Origin: an uncultured Bacilli bacterium
GTDB lineage: Bacteria; Bacillota_I; Bacilli_A; RF39; UBA660
NCBI GenBank assembly: GCA_934167885.1
Contig: CAKPMB010000003.1
Location: forward strand, 30,890 to 94,889
Reading direction: 5' to 3'
DNA: 64,000 bases
Positions within the stretch are counted from its first letter, which is position 1; each line of letters starts with the position of its first letter. Shown here piece after piece: positions 37,749 through 50,732 of the stretch. The position numbers were made by a program, and so were the translations under genes. The notes below the pieces were generated by a model. It was not told the DNA's origin. It did no database searches and saw only the letters and a list, made by a program, of their open reading frames with translations.

Positions 37749-38653
37749 AAAAAAGTGCTTGGTTAATTATTTTATTGTTATTATTGCAAGTTAATGTTTA
37801 TGCTAGCACTAATACTCGCCCAAGGAGTGAGGATGATTTATTAGTTCCTGGCCGTATTACAGTTACGGATACTAATCGAAATCAAATATTAAATACACCT
37901 TCTGTTGATGCTAGTGAAAAAGTATATGATTTTGCCGATCTTTTATCGGATGAAGAAGAGAATAGTTTATATAATATTGTTAAAAACTATATTAATGGAA
38001 CTAATTATGATTTAGCGATTGTTACGATTGATGAAAATAATAAGACATCATCTAAGGCTTATGCACAAGATTTTTATGATTATAATGAATTTGGTTTTGA
38101 TGATAGTCGAAGTGGTTTATTGATGTTAATTGATATGGATAATCGTAATGTATTTATTACCACCACGGGTTATGCTATTAAAATGTATAGTGATAGTCGG
38201 ATAGATGCTATTATTGATGCTGGGTATGATGAATTAAAAAATGCTGATTATGCTTTGTGTTTTGAAAATATGATTGATGAAGCGATGGATTATTATAATG
38301 CTGGCGTTCCTAAGGAAAATGAGAATTTAGTTATTGATGGGGATCGTGTATATCGAAAAATGAGTAAGGAAACGAAAGCCATTATTGTCTTTGTTTCATC
38401 TTCGATTATTACTCTTGTTGTAACTTTAATTATGTATTTTCAAACACGTCTTAAAATTAAAGTTGGTTCAGCTGCTAACTATCTAACGACTGATCGTAAT
38501 TTAAACTTTAGTAGAAGATTTTTACGTAGTAATGTAACAAGAACTCCACGTCCACGTGATACAGGATCAAGTGGTTCAAGTTCATCAGGTGGTAGCTCTA
38601 TTCATACAGGATCAAGTGGTGTCAGCCATGGCGGCGGTGGCCGTAGTTTCTAG
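37745..38653 (+). CDS. TPM-domain (YgcG-like) membrane protein
   Basis: 302 aa; signal peptide; VYDFADLLSDEEENSLYNIV..YDLAIVTI TPM signature; TM helix; Gly/Ser-rich tail GSSGSSSSGGSS..GGGGRSF; 4-nt overlap with the upstream gene. Confidence 0.75.
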   Translation: MKKSAWLIILLLLLQVNVYASTNTRPRSEDDLLVPGRITVTDTNRNQILNTPSVDASEKVYDFADLLSDEEENSLYNIVKNYINGTNYDLAIVTIDENNKTSSKAYAQDFYDYNEFGFDDSRSGLLMLIDMDNRNVFITTTGYAIKMYSDSRIDAIIDAGYDELKNADYALCFENMIDEAMDYYNAGVPKENENLVIDGDRVYRKMSKETKAIIVFVSSSIITLVVTLIMYFQTRLKIKVGSAANYLTTDRNLNFSRRFLRSNVTRTPRPRDTGSSGSSSSGGSSIHTGSSGVSHGGGGRSF

Positions 38654-38661
38654 GAGGTTAT

Positions 38662-39354
38662 ATGAAGATTGTTCCTATTATCCCTGCTTTAAATCCAGAT
38701 GAAAAATTACTTAATTTAGTGCATGAATTAATAGATAATGGTTTTAGAAAAATAATCATTGTCAATGATGGTAGTCGTGATGATAAAATCTTTAAAGAAC
38801 TATCACAAAATGATGAATGCATTATTCTAACACATGAGGTAAATAAAGGTAAAGGGTGTGCTTTAAAAACAGCTTTTAGGTATTATAAAGAAAACCTACA
38901 AGATAAGTATTTAGGCGTTGTAACTCTTGATGCTGATGGTCAACATACAGTGCATGATGTTTTAAATATTGCTAGATTATTAGAAGACAATAATATGTTT
39001 ATTCTAGGAACTAGGTTATTCAATGTTAAAGAAACACCATGGCGTAATAAATTAGGTAATCGTATCACATCTAGTGTTTTTAAAAAACTTTATGGTGTTT
39101 ATTTAAAAGATACTCAAACAGGATTAAGAGGGATTCCTAATCATTTAATTGACTTACATTTAAATACGCATGGTGATCGTTTTGAATATGAAATAAATGC
39201 TTTAATTGATTTAGTTAAGGCATATGAGAAAATTATTCAAGTTGATATTGATACAGTATATTTAAATGATAGTAATAAAAAAAGCCATTTTAAAGTATTT
39301 AATGATTCTTATCAAATATATAAAATTTTATTTAAAAGAAGGAATAGAAAATGA
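38662..39354 (+). CDS. Family-2 glycosyltransferase
   Basis: 230 aa; IIPALNPDEKL..IIIVNDGSRDD, LDADGQH (DxD-type) layout. Confidence 0.75.
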   Translation: MKIVPIIPALNPDEKLLNLVHELIDNGFRKIIIVNDGSRDDKIFKELSQNDECIILTHEVNKGKGCALKTAFRYYKENLQDKYLGVVTLDADGQHTVHDVLNIARLLEDNNMFILGTRLFNVKETPWRNKLGNRITSSVFKKLYGVYLKDTQTGLRGIPNHLIDLHLNTHGDRFEYEINALIDLVKAYEKIIQVDIDTVYLNDSNKKSHFKVFNDSYQIYKILFKRRNRK

Positions 39355-40172
39355 GAAAAATTTTTCATTTTTTATTAATAACTTTAGGAATATGTTTACT
39401 AACAGGTTGTATTAATTTAAATATTGAAACAACAATAAATAAAGATAAAAGTATGTCAATAGAGATTAAGGCTTTATTTGATATGGAAAAAATTAGAAAT
39501 AATAATTCCATGGCAATAAATTTTGAAGATATTGTTAATGATGAATTAATTAATTCCTTAAAAAATAATGGTTATTCCTTAAATGAATATCATGATGATA
39601 AGTATGATGGATATATTATTACTAAGAATATTTCAAATATCGATGATGTAACAAGTAATCAAGAATTTGAGATCCTTAATATTGATAAATTAATTGATGT
39701 TAATAATAAATACTTATTTTATAAAGATGGTCGTAAATATGTTGCTAGGTTTATTTTAACGCAAGATACTTTTAATAATTTGCTTAATCAAAATGATTTA
39801 GTTATAAATTCAAATGATTATAATATCGAATGGAATCTAAACTTACCAAATGAGAGTTTTTCCAATAATGCCCAAGTGATTGATAATAATAATTGTCATT
39901 TAAAATGGAATTTAGATGTTTCTATTTATAATACAGTTAAATGGACATTTATCTTTGATAATGATAATTCTCTTATAATTAAGATTTTAAAAATTGTGCT
40001 TATTATCATCATCTTATTAATAATTATTTTTATTATTAATCATCAAAGAAAAATTAAAGATAGTCTTAAGGAAGGTAAAAAATCTTTAGAAGATTTAAAA
40101 GAGAAGGAAGAATTATTAATATTAAAAAAACCAGAATATGGTCTTGATGAAATAATTCCTATAAAAAAATAA
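39351..40172 (+). CDS. Lipoprotein with C-terminal TM helix, unknown function
   Basis: 273 aa; lipobox LLTGC; C-terminal ILKIVLIIIILLIIIFIIN helix; 4-nt overlap with the GT2 gene. Confidence 0.5.
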   Translation: MRKIFHFLLITLGICLLTGCINLNIETTINKDKSMSIEIKALFDMEKIRNNNSMAINFEDIVNDELINSLKNNGYSLNEYHDDKYDGYIITKNISNIDDVTSNQEFEILNIDKLIDVNNKYLFYKDGRKYVARFILTQDTFNNLLNQNDLVINSNDYNIEWNLNLPNESFSNNAQVIDNNNCHLKWNLDVSIYNTVKWTFIFDNDNSLIIKILKIVLIIIILLIIIFIINHQRKIKDSLKEGKKSLEDLKEKEELLILKKPEYGLDEIIPIKK

Positions 40173-40178
40173 AAAAGT

Positions 40179-41036
40179 TTAAATAGGGTTGATGTGAATT
40201 AATATTCGCTCAATCATATTAAACTTTTTTTCTAAGTCTTTTTCAAGATTATCAATTATTTCATGACTTTCTTTGGTTTTTAAATTACCATCCATATTAA
40301 CTATTAAAGCAATAACATATTTATAGCCAACAGGAATTGTATAAATATTTTCAACTTTTTTAATTTCTTTAAAAGTTAGCACTTCTTTAATAATTTCTTC
40401 TTTGGTTTTATTATCAATAGCCTCATCCATTAAGACTTTAAAACTTTCAATAAAAATTTTTATTCCAGCGATTAGTATCCAAAGAGATATCATAATACCA
40501 ATAATAGAATCTAGAGCATTAATTTTGTAATAACTTAGAATAATTGCTATAATTGTTCCCATTGTTAAGAACATATCATTACGATGATCGTTCATATTAG
40601 CTTTTATTAAAAGGTTATTATTTTTTTTGTAATACTTTCTAGCATATAAATACATTCCTAGTTTAGTGATAATGGTTATAAAACCGGTAATTAATAATTT
40701 ATATGAGAATATAACTTCGTGCTTTGTCCATAGTGTCTTAAAACAATTAATTAAGCTTACTATTGCGACTAAAATAATTGATATTGATATTAAGAATGAG
40801 AAGATATATTCGGCTTTTCCATGGCCAAAGTTATGATCTTCATCGGATGGATTGTGGGCAATGGAATTACCAATATACGTCATTATTGATGAGAAGATAT
40901 CACCAAATGAATTAATGCTATCGGCAATCATCGCTTGACTTTTACTTATATAGCCTATAATTCCTTTAATTATTAAAAGAAAGGTATTACCAACAATACC
41001 TATAATACTAACTTTTTTTGTTTCATCATATCGCAT
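40179..41036 (-). CDS. Cation diffusion facilitator (CDF) family transporter
   Basis: 285 aa; six helices, ADSINSFGDIFSS and HNPSDEDHNFGHGKAE motifs, C-terminal cytoplasmic domain. Confidence 0.85.
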   Translation of the reverse strand: MRYDETKKVSIIGIVGNTFLLIIKGIIGYISKSQAMIADSINSFGDIFSSIMTYIGNSIAHNPSDEDHNFGHGKAEYIFSFLISISIILVAIVSLINCFKTLWTKHEVIFSYKLLITGFITIITKLGMYLYARKYYKKNNNLLIKANMNDHRNDMFLTMGTIIAIILSYYKINALDSIIGIMISLWILIAGIKIFIESFKVLMDEAIDNKTKEEIIKEVLTFKEIKKVENIYTIPVGYKYVIALIVNMDGNLKTKESHEIIDNLEKDLEKKFNMIERILIHINPI

Positions 41037-41044
41037 AAAACCTC

Positions 41045-43718
<2,674 letters not shown>

Positions 43719-43764
43719 CTATAAATTATAAATTTGTTATAATATTCTTGGCTCTTATAAAAAC

Positions 43765-44475
43765 TTAACGATAAAATAAATTATAAAATATTTCAGGATA
43801 GTTTGTAATGAAGGTTAATCTATAAAATAAATCATTTTTGATTTTTGTTTTATCAAAAAATTTGCTTAAAATTGCTAAATCATTGGTTGTAGTTGTATAA
43901 ACCATTAATTCTTTACCTTTATTAAGTTGTTCGGTTAGAATAATAACATCTAAAATTAGTGGTGATATTATATAAAAATCACTATCTAAATAATTTAGAT
44001 TATCTTGAATGAGAATATACCCATTTTTATAAGTTTTAATATTATTTTTTATTATTTGAAGTAAGTGATTATTTGAAGTAGCAAGTGATATATTAATACT
44101 TGGGTATTTATCAATAATTTCTTTAATTTTCATTATATAGAGGGTATTTTCTTCATTAAAATATTGAATAGTTTCATCTGATAAAGTAATTAGTGTAAGA
44201 GGATATATATTTAGAATTACTCTTTTTTTATAGTCTTTTAATTGTTTTAGAAAATCATCTAATTTAATAAAACTGGTATTGATTAAAGTATCTAAATTAT
44301 TTTCTTGAATAAGTTGAGATGAGAAGATTTTTTCATTACCATCGTAGACAATAATATTATTGTCTTTTGTTTTTATAATGGATATTATTAGACCATCAAC
44401 ATAGTCATCTTCCCTTGTAAATTGTATTAGATTATTTAAATTTTGAAAAGCATTAATGCTTGCAATTATTGCCAT
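43765..44475 (-). CDS. GDPD-fold-like protein with substituted catalytic positions (tentative)
   Basis: 236 aa. The layout recalls glycerophosphodiester phosphodiesterases (..IISIIKTKDNNIIVYD.., ..ELMVYTTTTND.., ..LTFITNYPE). The usual HRG / E.D / HD residues read ASI / SII / YD. Confidence 0.3.
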   Translation of the reverse strand: MAIIASINAFQNLNNLIQFTREDDYVDGLIISIIKTKDNNIIVYDGNEKIFSSQLIQENNLDTLINTSFIKLDDFLKQLKDYKKRVILNIYPLTLITLSDETIQYFNEENTLYIMKIKEIIDKYPSINISLATSNNHLLQIIKNNIKTYKNGYILIQDNLNYLDSDFYIISPLILDVIILTEQLNKGKELMVYTTTTNDLAILSKFFDKTKIKNDLFYRLTFITNYPEIFYNLFYR

Positions 44476-44561
44476 AAATCACCAATTTAATTGTATGCTT
44501 TATGTTAAATTTGTTTACATTTGTTATATTTTTATTTATAATAAATCGTTAGTGAGGTTTT

Positions 44562-45200
44562 ATGAAATTTACAAGTATTGGTCATCTTGATAGAGATGCT
44601 GTCTATCAATTGGTTAAGGAGAATTTTACCCAAGCAAGAAAGAATGAACCTATTTCTTCAGGCGATGAATTATTTCATCATAATACATCATATGATAATA
44701 TTACATCTGTTTTACAAAATGGGCTTTTATCATTTAATCGAATGAAGAGTTTAGGTATTAATAGAAGTGCTTACCAGGCCATAGACAATGTTAATGGTGA
44801 AGAGTATATATCAGTTAGTAGAAAAGAACATGCCTATAGTGCTTTTGATTTTGAATATAATTATGATAGTCCATTTGTTGTTGATTTCATTATAAGAGAT
44901 GAGATAAGAAAAAGGACGAATGTTATGCGCAATACAACTAATTACGTTAATGAATATTTAGTTTTAGATGAAATTCCTATTGAATACATCAAGTTGATGT
45001 CTGTTAGATTTATGCGTATGGCTAAAGCAATAAGTGAGCGTGATTCTTATTGGTCACTTGCATCTTTCATTAAACGCTACAATCAATTAATCGATGCCCT
45101 TCCTTTACTAGAAGATAAAAATATTCCTTTAATTGAAAATAGTGAAGAAATTATTCATGTAGATAAATCTAAATTAAAATCATTAGGTAAATTAAAATAG
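44562..45200 (+). CDS. PARP-like (H-Y-E class) ADP-ribosyltransferase-fold protein (tentative)
   Basis: 212 aa. LFHHNTSYDNITSVLQNGL parallels PARP LWHGSR..N...IL.QGL; GEEYISVS sits at the Tyr position; YVNEYLVLDEIPIEYIKL parallels YNEYIVYD......YLL. Confidence 0.45.
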   Translation: MKFTSIGHLDRDAVYQLVKENFTQARKNEPISSGDELFHHNTSYDNITSVLQNGLLSFNRMKSLGINRSAYQAIDNVNGEEYISVSRKEHAYSAFDFEYNYDSPFVVDFIIRDEIRKRTNVMRNTTNYVNEYLVLDEIPIEYIKLMSVRFMRMAKAISERDSYWSLASFIKRYNQLIDALPLLEDKNIPLIENSEEIIHVDKSKLKSLGKLK

Positions 45201-45268
45201 TTCATTTAGTGTGTTAAATTAAAACCACTATATGAACTTTTTTGTTATAATAAATTATGGAGTTGATT

Positions 45269-47596
45269 ATGGAAATATTAAACTTAATTGATAAAAAAAC
45301 TTTAATTATTTGTCCTAATAGTTATAAAAAAGCAATCTTATCAGAAATGAATAAGAATAAACATTTATACAATGTTAGTTTTATGAGTCTTTCAGAATAC
45401 CTGAAAAAATATTTATTTGATTACAATGTTAAAACAATTTATTATTTAACATCTAAATATAAAATGAAAGTTAGTAATGCTATTAGTCTTATTAATAATT
45501 TATACTATATTGAAGATAAAAAATATATTAGTGATAAATTAAACTATTTAGTTAACATTAAACATGAACTTGATAGTGAAAATCTTCTTTTATATGATAA
45601 AGTTTTTAAAAAATACTTAGAAAGTATTAAAATCATTGTTTATGGATATGGTAAATTAGATAAATTTAATCGAAGTATTTTAGAAAATGCTACTATTTTA
45701 GAAGAGGATTCACCAAAGAAAAATATTGATGTTTATGAATTTAATAATATAAGTGAGGAAGTTGAATTTGTCTTTAATAAAATTGAAGATTTATTACTTG
45801 AAGGGGTTTCAATAAATAATATTAAATTATTTAATGTTACTAGTGAATACTTGCCATATTTAAAGAGATTTAGTTATTATTATAATTTAAATATTTCATT
45901 ACCAAGTGATAAAGTAATAGGAACGAGTATTATTCAGGAGTTTTTAGGTTATATCAAAAATGGTTATAAAAAAGAAGAGATTATTACATTTTTAGATAAG
46001 TATAAAACTAATAATCTTTATAATATTGTTATTAATCTATTAAATAAATACTATGAATTTGATGATTTAAGGGTAGTTTATGATTTAATTTATGATGATT
46101 TATTAAAGATGAATAAACCTAAAGAAGAATTTTTAAATACTATTTCGCTTATTTCAATAAATGATTTCATAAATGCGGACGATTATGTCTTTTTAATGGG
46201 CTTTAATAATGGTAATATTCCATTACATAAAGATGAGGATTATATTACTGATAATATAAAAGAAGAAGTTATTATGAGTGATACTAATGAATTAAATATG
46301 CTTAGTAATATTAATATGCTAAATAAACTAAATAGTATAAACAACTTAATAATTTCATATAAATATAAAACACCCTTTAATACTTATTTTGTATCTAATT
46401 TAATTGATAATTTAGATGTAACTATTAAGAAAGTTAAAGGAAGTTATCAATATTCATCTATTTATAATAAATTAAAATATGCTGATAAACTTGATAATTA
46501 TATTAAGTATGGTGAATATGATGAAGATTTAGGATTATTACATTATAATTATCAAGATATACCTTATAATACGTATGATAATAAGTATCATGAAATTGAT
46601 AAAGATTCGTTATTAAAATACCTTAATAATGAATTAATACTTTCTTATAGTAGCATTAATAATTATTATAAATGTAGTTTTCGTTATTATTTAGCGAATG
46701 TTTTAAAGATAGATGTTTATGAAGAAACTTTTGATACCATTATTGGTAATATCTTTCATTATGTTTTAAGTGTAGCGTTTAATGATAACTTTAATTTTGA
46801 AGAAGTCTTTAACTATGCTATTAAAGATTATTGTTTTTCCTATAAAGAAAAGTATTTTATTGATAAATTAAAAAATGATTTATTATTTGTTATTAACACT
46901 ATTAAAGAATATCAAAAAAATACAGGTTTAACTAAAGAATTATATGAAAAGAAAATTTTAATTAAACTTATGGATAAACCTTATGTTGTCTTTAAAGGTT
47001 TTGTTGATAAAATAATGCTTAAAGAAAGTAATGATACTAGTAATATTGCTATTATTGATTATAAAACTGGTAATCCTAATATTAAACTTGACTATTTAAA
47101 ATATGGTTTATCAATGCAATTACCTAGTTATTTATATTTAGTATCAAATAGTGGTTTATTTAAAAATATAAAGTATTGTGGTTTTTATTTACAACATATT
47201 TTGAATAATGAAATAAAATTATGTAAAGGTAAGAGTTATCTTGATATGAAGAAGGATAATTTAAAACTTTGTGGGTATTCAACAGATGATGTTTATCGTT
47301 TGTCAATGTTTGATGATAGTTATGAAGATAGTATGATGATTAAAGGAATGAAAACGAAGAAAGATGGCACTTTAGTATCAACTGCTAAAGTGTTAGATGA
47401 TGATGCTATTGATGAAGTTATTAGTATTTGTAAACAAAAAATAGAAGATGCTTTAAAAGACATTTTAATGGCCAAATTTACGATAAATCCTAAAGTAATA
47501 GATAATGTTAATGTTGGATGTGAATATTGCAATTTTAAGGATATATGCTATGTTAAAGAAGATGATAAAGTTTATTTAGAAAGTGAGGTGGAATAA
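45269..47596 (+). CDS. addB: ATP-dependent helicase/nuclease AddAB, subunit B (RexB type)
   Basis: 775 aa from ATG 45269. C-terminal RecB-type nuclease with Fe-S cysteines (CSFRYYL ... CEYCNFKDIC) and IIDYKTG motif. No intact N-terminal Walker A, as in RexB. Adjacent to addA. Confidence 0.85.
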   Translation: MEILNLIDKKTLIICPNSYKKAILSEMNKNKHLYNVSFMSLSEYLKKYLFDYNVKTIYYLTSKYKMKVSNAISLINNLYYIEDKKYISDKLNYLVNIKHELDSENLLLYDKVFKKYLESIKIIVYGYGKLDKFNRSILENATILEEDSPKKNIDVYEFNNISEEVEFVFNKIEDLLLEGVSINNIKLFNVTSEYLPYLKRFSYYYNLNISLPSDKVIGTSIIQEFLGYIKNGYKKEEIITFLDKYKTNNLYNIVINLLNKYYEFDDLRVVYDLIYDDLLKMNKPKEEFLNTISLISINDFINADDYVFLMGFNNGNIPLHKDEDYITDNIKEEVIMSDTNELNMLSNINMLNKLNSINNLIISYKYKTPFNTYFVSNLIDNLDVTIKKVKGSYQYSSIYNKLKYADKLDNYIKYGEYDEDLGLLHYNYQDIPYNTYDNKYHEIDKDSLLKYLNNELILSYSSINNYYKCSFRYYLANVLKIDVYEETFDTIIGNIFHYVLSVAFNDNFNFEEVFNYAIKDYCFSYKEKYFIDKLKNDLLFVINTIKEYQKNTGLTKELYEKKILIKLMDKPYVVFKGFVDKIMLKESNDTSNIAIIDYKTGNPNIKLDYLKYGLSMQLPSYLYLVSNSGLFKNIKYCGFYLQHILNNEIKLCKGKSYLDMKKDNLKLCGYSTDDVYRLSMFDDSYEDSMMIKGMKTKKDGTLVSTAKVLDDDAIDEVISICKQKIEDALKDILMAKFTINPKVIDNVNVGCEYCNFKDICYVKEDDKVYLESEVE

Positions 47597-50500
47597 TGCC
47601 AAATTGGACACGTGAACAAGAACAAGCCATCTATAAAAGTGGCACGAATATTATTGTTTCAGCAGGAGCAGGAAGTGGTAAAACCGCTGTTTTATCAGAA
47701 CGTGTTTTACAAAAAGTATTAAATGGTGTTTCCATCGATAGACTATTAATTCTAACTTTCACCAATCTAGCAGCTCGTGAAATGAAAGAACGTATTCGTA
47801 AAAAAATTAAAAAAGATAAATCCTTAATTAATCAATTAAACAAACTAGATGGTAGCTATATTACAACATTCGATAGTTATTCTTTATCTCTTGTAAAAAA
47901 ATACCATTACTTACTAAATATTTCGCGTAATGTTAATATTATCGATAAAAATATTTTAGATATGGAAGTCTCTAAATATTTAGATGAAATTTTTGAAAAT
48001 AGATATCAAAATCAAGATAAACTATTCCTTAATTTAATAAATGATTTTTGTATTAAAGATGATAAAAGTATTAAGCAAGAAATATTAAAATTAAATGATA
48101 AATTAAATATGCGTTATGATAAAGATACATATTTAAATTCTTATTTTGATGTATATTATAGTGATGAATTTATCGATAAACGAATTTTAGAATATATTAA
48201 TTTAGTAAAAGATAAAGTTAGAAACATAGATACTTTAATTAACAAATTATATGATTTTTGTGATAGTGACTATGTTAATGATTTATTAAATATTTTTACA
48301 CCTTTAAAAAATGCTCAGTCATATGAAGATTATTTAGTGTCGTTTAATATAAAATTGCCAAACTTAAAAAGAGGTAGTGAAGAAGAAGCGAAAAAGATTA
48401 AAGCTTGCATTAGTGATGAATTAAAAAATGTTAAGAACATGCTTATTTTTGAAAATACTAATGATATGAAAAAATCTATTTTAGATACTAAAAACTATTT
48501 AGAATGTATTATTTCAATAATTAGAGAATTAGATGAAAAAGTTAATGATTATAAGCATCAAAACGATTTATATGACTTTGTAGATATTAGTAAGTTAGCA
48601 ATAAAAATAGTTAAAGAAAATGAAGGTATAAGAGAAGAAATAAAAAATTATTTTGAAGAAATATTAGTAGATGAATATCAAGATACTAGTGATTTACAAG
48701 AAGAGTTTATATCATTAATCGCTAATAACAATGTTTATATGGTAGGCGATATAAAACAATCAATATATCGTTTTAGAAACGCTAATCCTAATATTTTTAA
48801 GAATAAATATGATAATTATAGTAATCATCAAGGTGGTGAAAAAATTGATTTATTAAAAAACTTCCGATCACGAAGAGAAGTATTAGATAATATTAATTTA
48901 TTTTTTGAATTTATTTTAGATGATTATATTGGAGGAGCAGATTATCGCTCGTCACATGAAATGGTCTTTGGTAATAACACCTATGAAGAAGCTGGTAAAA
49001 CCAACCAAGATTACAATATGGAAATATATGAGTATTTCTATGATAAAAATAGTTCATATAATAAAAATGAAATAGAAGCTTTTATTATTGCTAATGATAT
49101 AAAAGAAAAAGTCGCTAATCACTATCAAATATTTGATAAAGATAACCAAGTATTAAGAGACATAACTTATAATGACTTTGTTATTTTAATTGATAGAAGC
49201 ACCCCATTTGAATTATATAAAAAAATATTTTTATACTTACAAGTTCCTATAACTATTTTAATAGATGAATACTTAAATAAAAGTAATGACTTATTAGTTA
49301 TTAAAAATATTTTTAATTTAATTAAATTAGTTAAAGAAAAAAATTTTTCTAAAGAATTTATTTATAGTTTTTTAAGTGTATCTCGAAGTTTTCTATTTAA
49401 TTATGATGATAATACGATATTTAAAATAATTAGTGAAAAATCATATGAAAACACAGTTCTTTATCAAAAAATTACTAATATTTTAAATGATATCGATAGT
49501 TTAACCATTAATGAAGTATTAGATAAAATTATTATAGAATTTAATTATTATGAAGCATTAATTAAGGTTGGTAATGTTAAAGAAAGTATTGTTAGAATCG
49601 ATTATTTAAATGAACTTGCATCTAACCTTACACAGTTAGGATATACATATTTAGACTTTGCAAAATTTATTGAAAATATTTTTAATGAAGAACGTGATAT
49701 TCGTTTCTCACTTGATAGTGAAAGTGGTAATAGTGTTAAAATAATGTCCATTCATAAATCCAAAGGCCTTGAATATCATCTATGTTATTTCCCTTGTCTT
49801 TATCCTAAATTTAATGAAAGTGATTTAAAAGAAAAATTTATTTATGATAAAGAATTAGGCATAATCAGTCCATATTTTAATGAAGGAATAGGCGATAGTT
49901 TTTATAAGGAAATATTCAAAAATAATTATAAAAAAGAAGAGATTGGAGAAAAAATAAGGTTATTCTATGTTGCCCTAACAAGAGCAAAAGAAAAAATGAT
50001 TATGGTAATCCCTAAATATTCTTTAGAAGAAGAATTAGACGACTATCTTAATACCGACAAAGTTGTTGAAAACGATACAAGATTACATTATAATTCTTTT
50101 TTAAGTATGATTAATTCTATAAAAATATACCTAAAAGATTATATTAAAGAAATTGATATAAATAATCTAAGCCTTACCAAGAAATATAATCTTGTTAAAA
50201 AAGATAATGTTTTTGAAAATATTAAAGATGTTAATGAAAAGATAGTTATCAAGAAAACAAGTGAAATTAAAGAAGAAAAGATCCTAGAAAGTCATTTCTC
50301 TAAGAGTAATAATCAACTAATAGATAAACAAAGTGCCAAAAACTTAGAATTTGGAACGCATATGCATTATTTATTAGAAATGATTGATTTTAATAATATA
50401 GATAATTATGATATAGAACCACAATATAAAGGATACATAAAAAAGTTTATAAACTGTGCATTATTAAAAAATCTTAAAGATGCTAAAGTTTATAAAGAAT

Positions 50501-50730
50501 ATGAGTTTATTTATAATGAAGATACTGAAATAAAACATGGTATTATTGACTTAATGCTTGAATATGAAGAGTATATTGATATCATTGATTATAAATTAAA
50601 AAACATTGATGATAGTCACTATTATGATCAACTAAAAGGTTATCAAGAATATATCATGCATAAAACTAAAAAAGATGTCCATCTATATTTATATTCTATT
50701 ATTAGTGGTGAATACGAAAAAATTAATTAG
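47596..50730 (+). CDS. addA: ATP-dependent helicase/nuclease AddAB, subunit A
   Basis: 1044 aa; UvrD-type helicase motifs AGAGSGKT, ILVDEYQDT, GDIKQSIYRFR, SIHKSKGLE, YVALTRAKE and C-terminal nuclease IIDLM..IIDYK. Confidence 0.93.
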   Translation: MPNWTREQEQAIYKSGTNIIVSAGAGSGKTAVLSERVLQKVLNGVSIDRLLILTFTNLAAREMKERIRKKIKKDKSLINQLNKLDGSYITTFDSYSLSLVKKYHYLLNISRNVNIIDKNILDMEVSKYLDEIFENRYQNQDKLFLNLINDFCIKDDKSIKQEILKLNDKLNMRYDKDTYLNSYFDVYYSDEFIDKRILEYINLVKDKVRNIDTLINKLYDFCDSDYVNDLLNIFTPLKNAQSYEDYLVSFNIKLPNLKRGSEEEAKKIKACISDELKNVKNMLIFENTNDMKKSILDTKNYLECIISIIRELDEKVNDYKHQNDLYDFVDISKLAIKIVKENEGIREEIKNYFEEILVDEYQDTSDLQEEFISLIANNNVYMVGDIKQSIYRFRNANPNIFKNKYDNYSNHQGGEKIDLLKNFRSRREVLDNINLFFEFILDDYIGGADYRSSHEMVFGNNTYEEAGKTNQDYNMEIYEYFYDKNSSYNKNEIEAFIIANDIKEKVANHYQIFDKDNQVLRDITYNDFVILIDRSTPFELYKKIFLYLQVPITILIDEYLNKSNDLLVIKNIFNLIKLVKEKNFSKEFIYSFLSVSRSFLFNYDDNTIFKIISEKSYENTVLYQKITNILNDIDSLTINEVLDKIIIEFNYYEALIKVGNVKESIVRIDYLNELASNLTQLGYTYLDFAKFIENIFNEERDIRFSLDSESGNSVKIMSIHKSKGLEYHLCYFPCLYPKFNESDLKEKFIYDKELGIISPYFNEGIGDSFYKEIFKNNYKKEEIGEKIRLFYVALTRAKEKMIMVIPKYSLEEELDDYLNTDKVVENDTRLHYNSFLSMINSIKIYLKDYIKEIDINNLSLTKKYNLVKKDNVFENIKDVNEKIVIKKTSEIKEEKILESHFSKSNNQLIDKQSAKNLEFGTHMHYLLEMIDFNNIDNYDIEPQYKGYIKKFINCALLKNLKDAKVYKEYEFIYNEDTEIKHGIIDLMLEYEEYIDIIDYKLKNIDDSHYYDQLKGYQEYIMHKTKKDVHLYLYSIISGEYEKIN

Positions 50731-50732
50731 TT

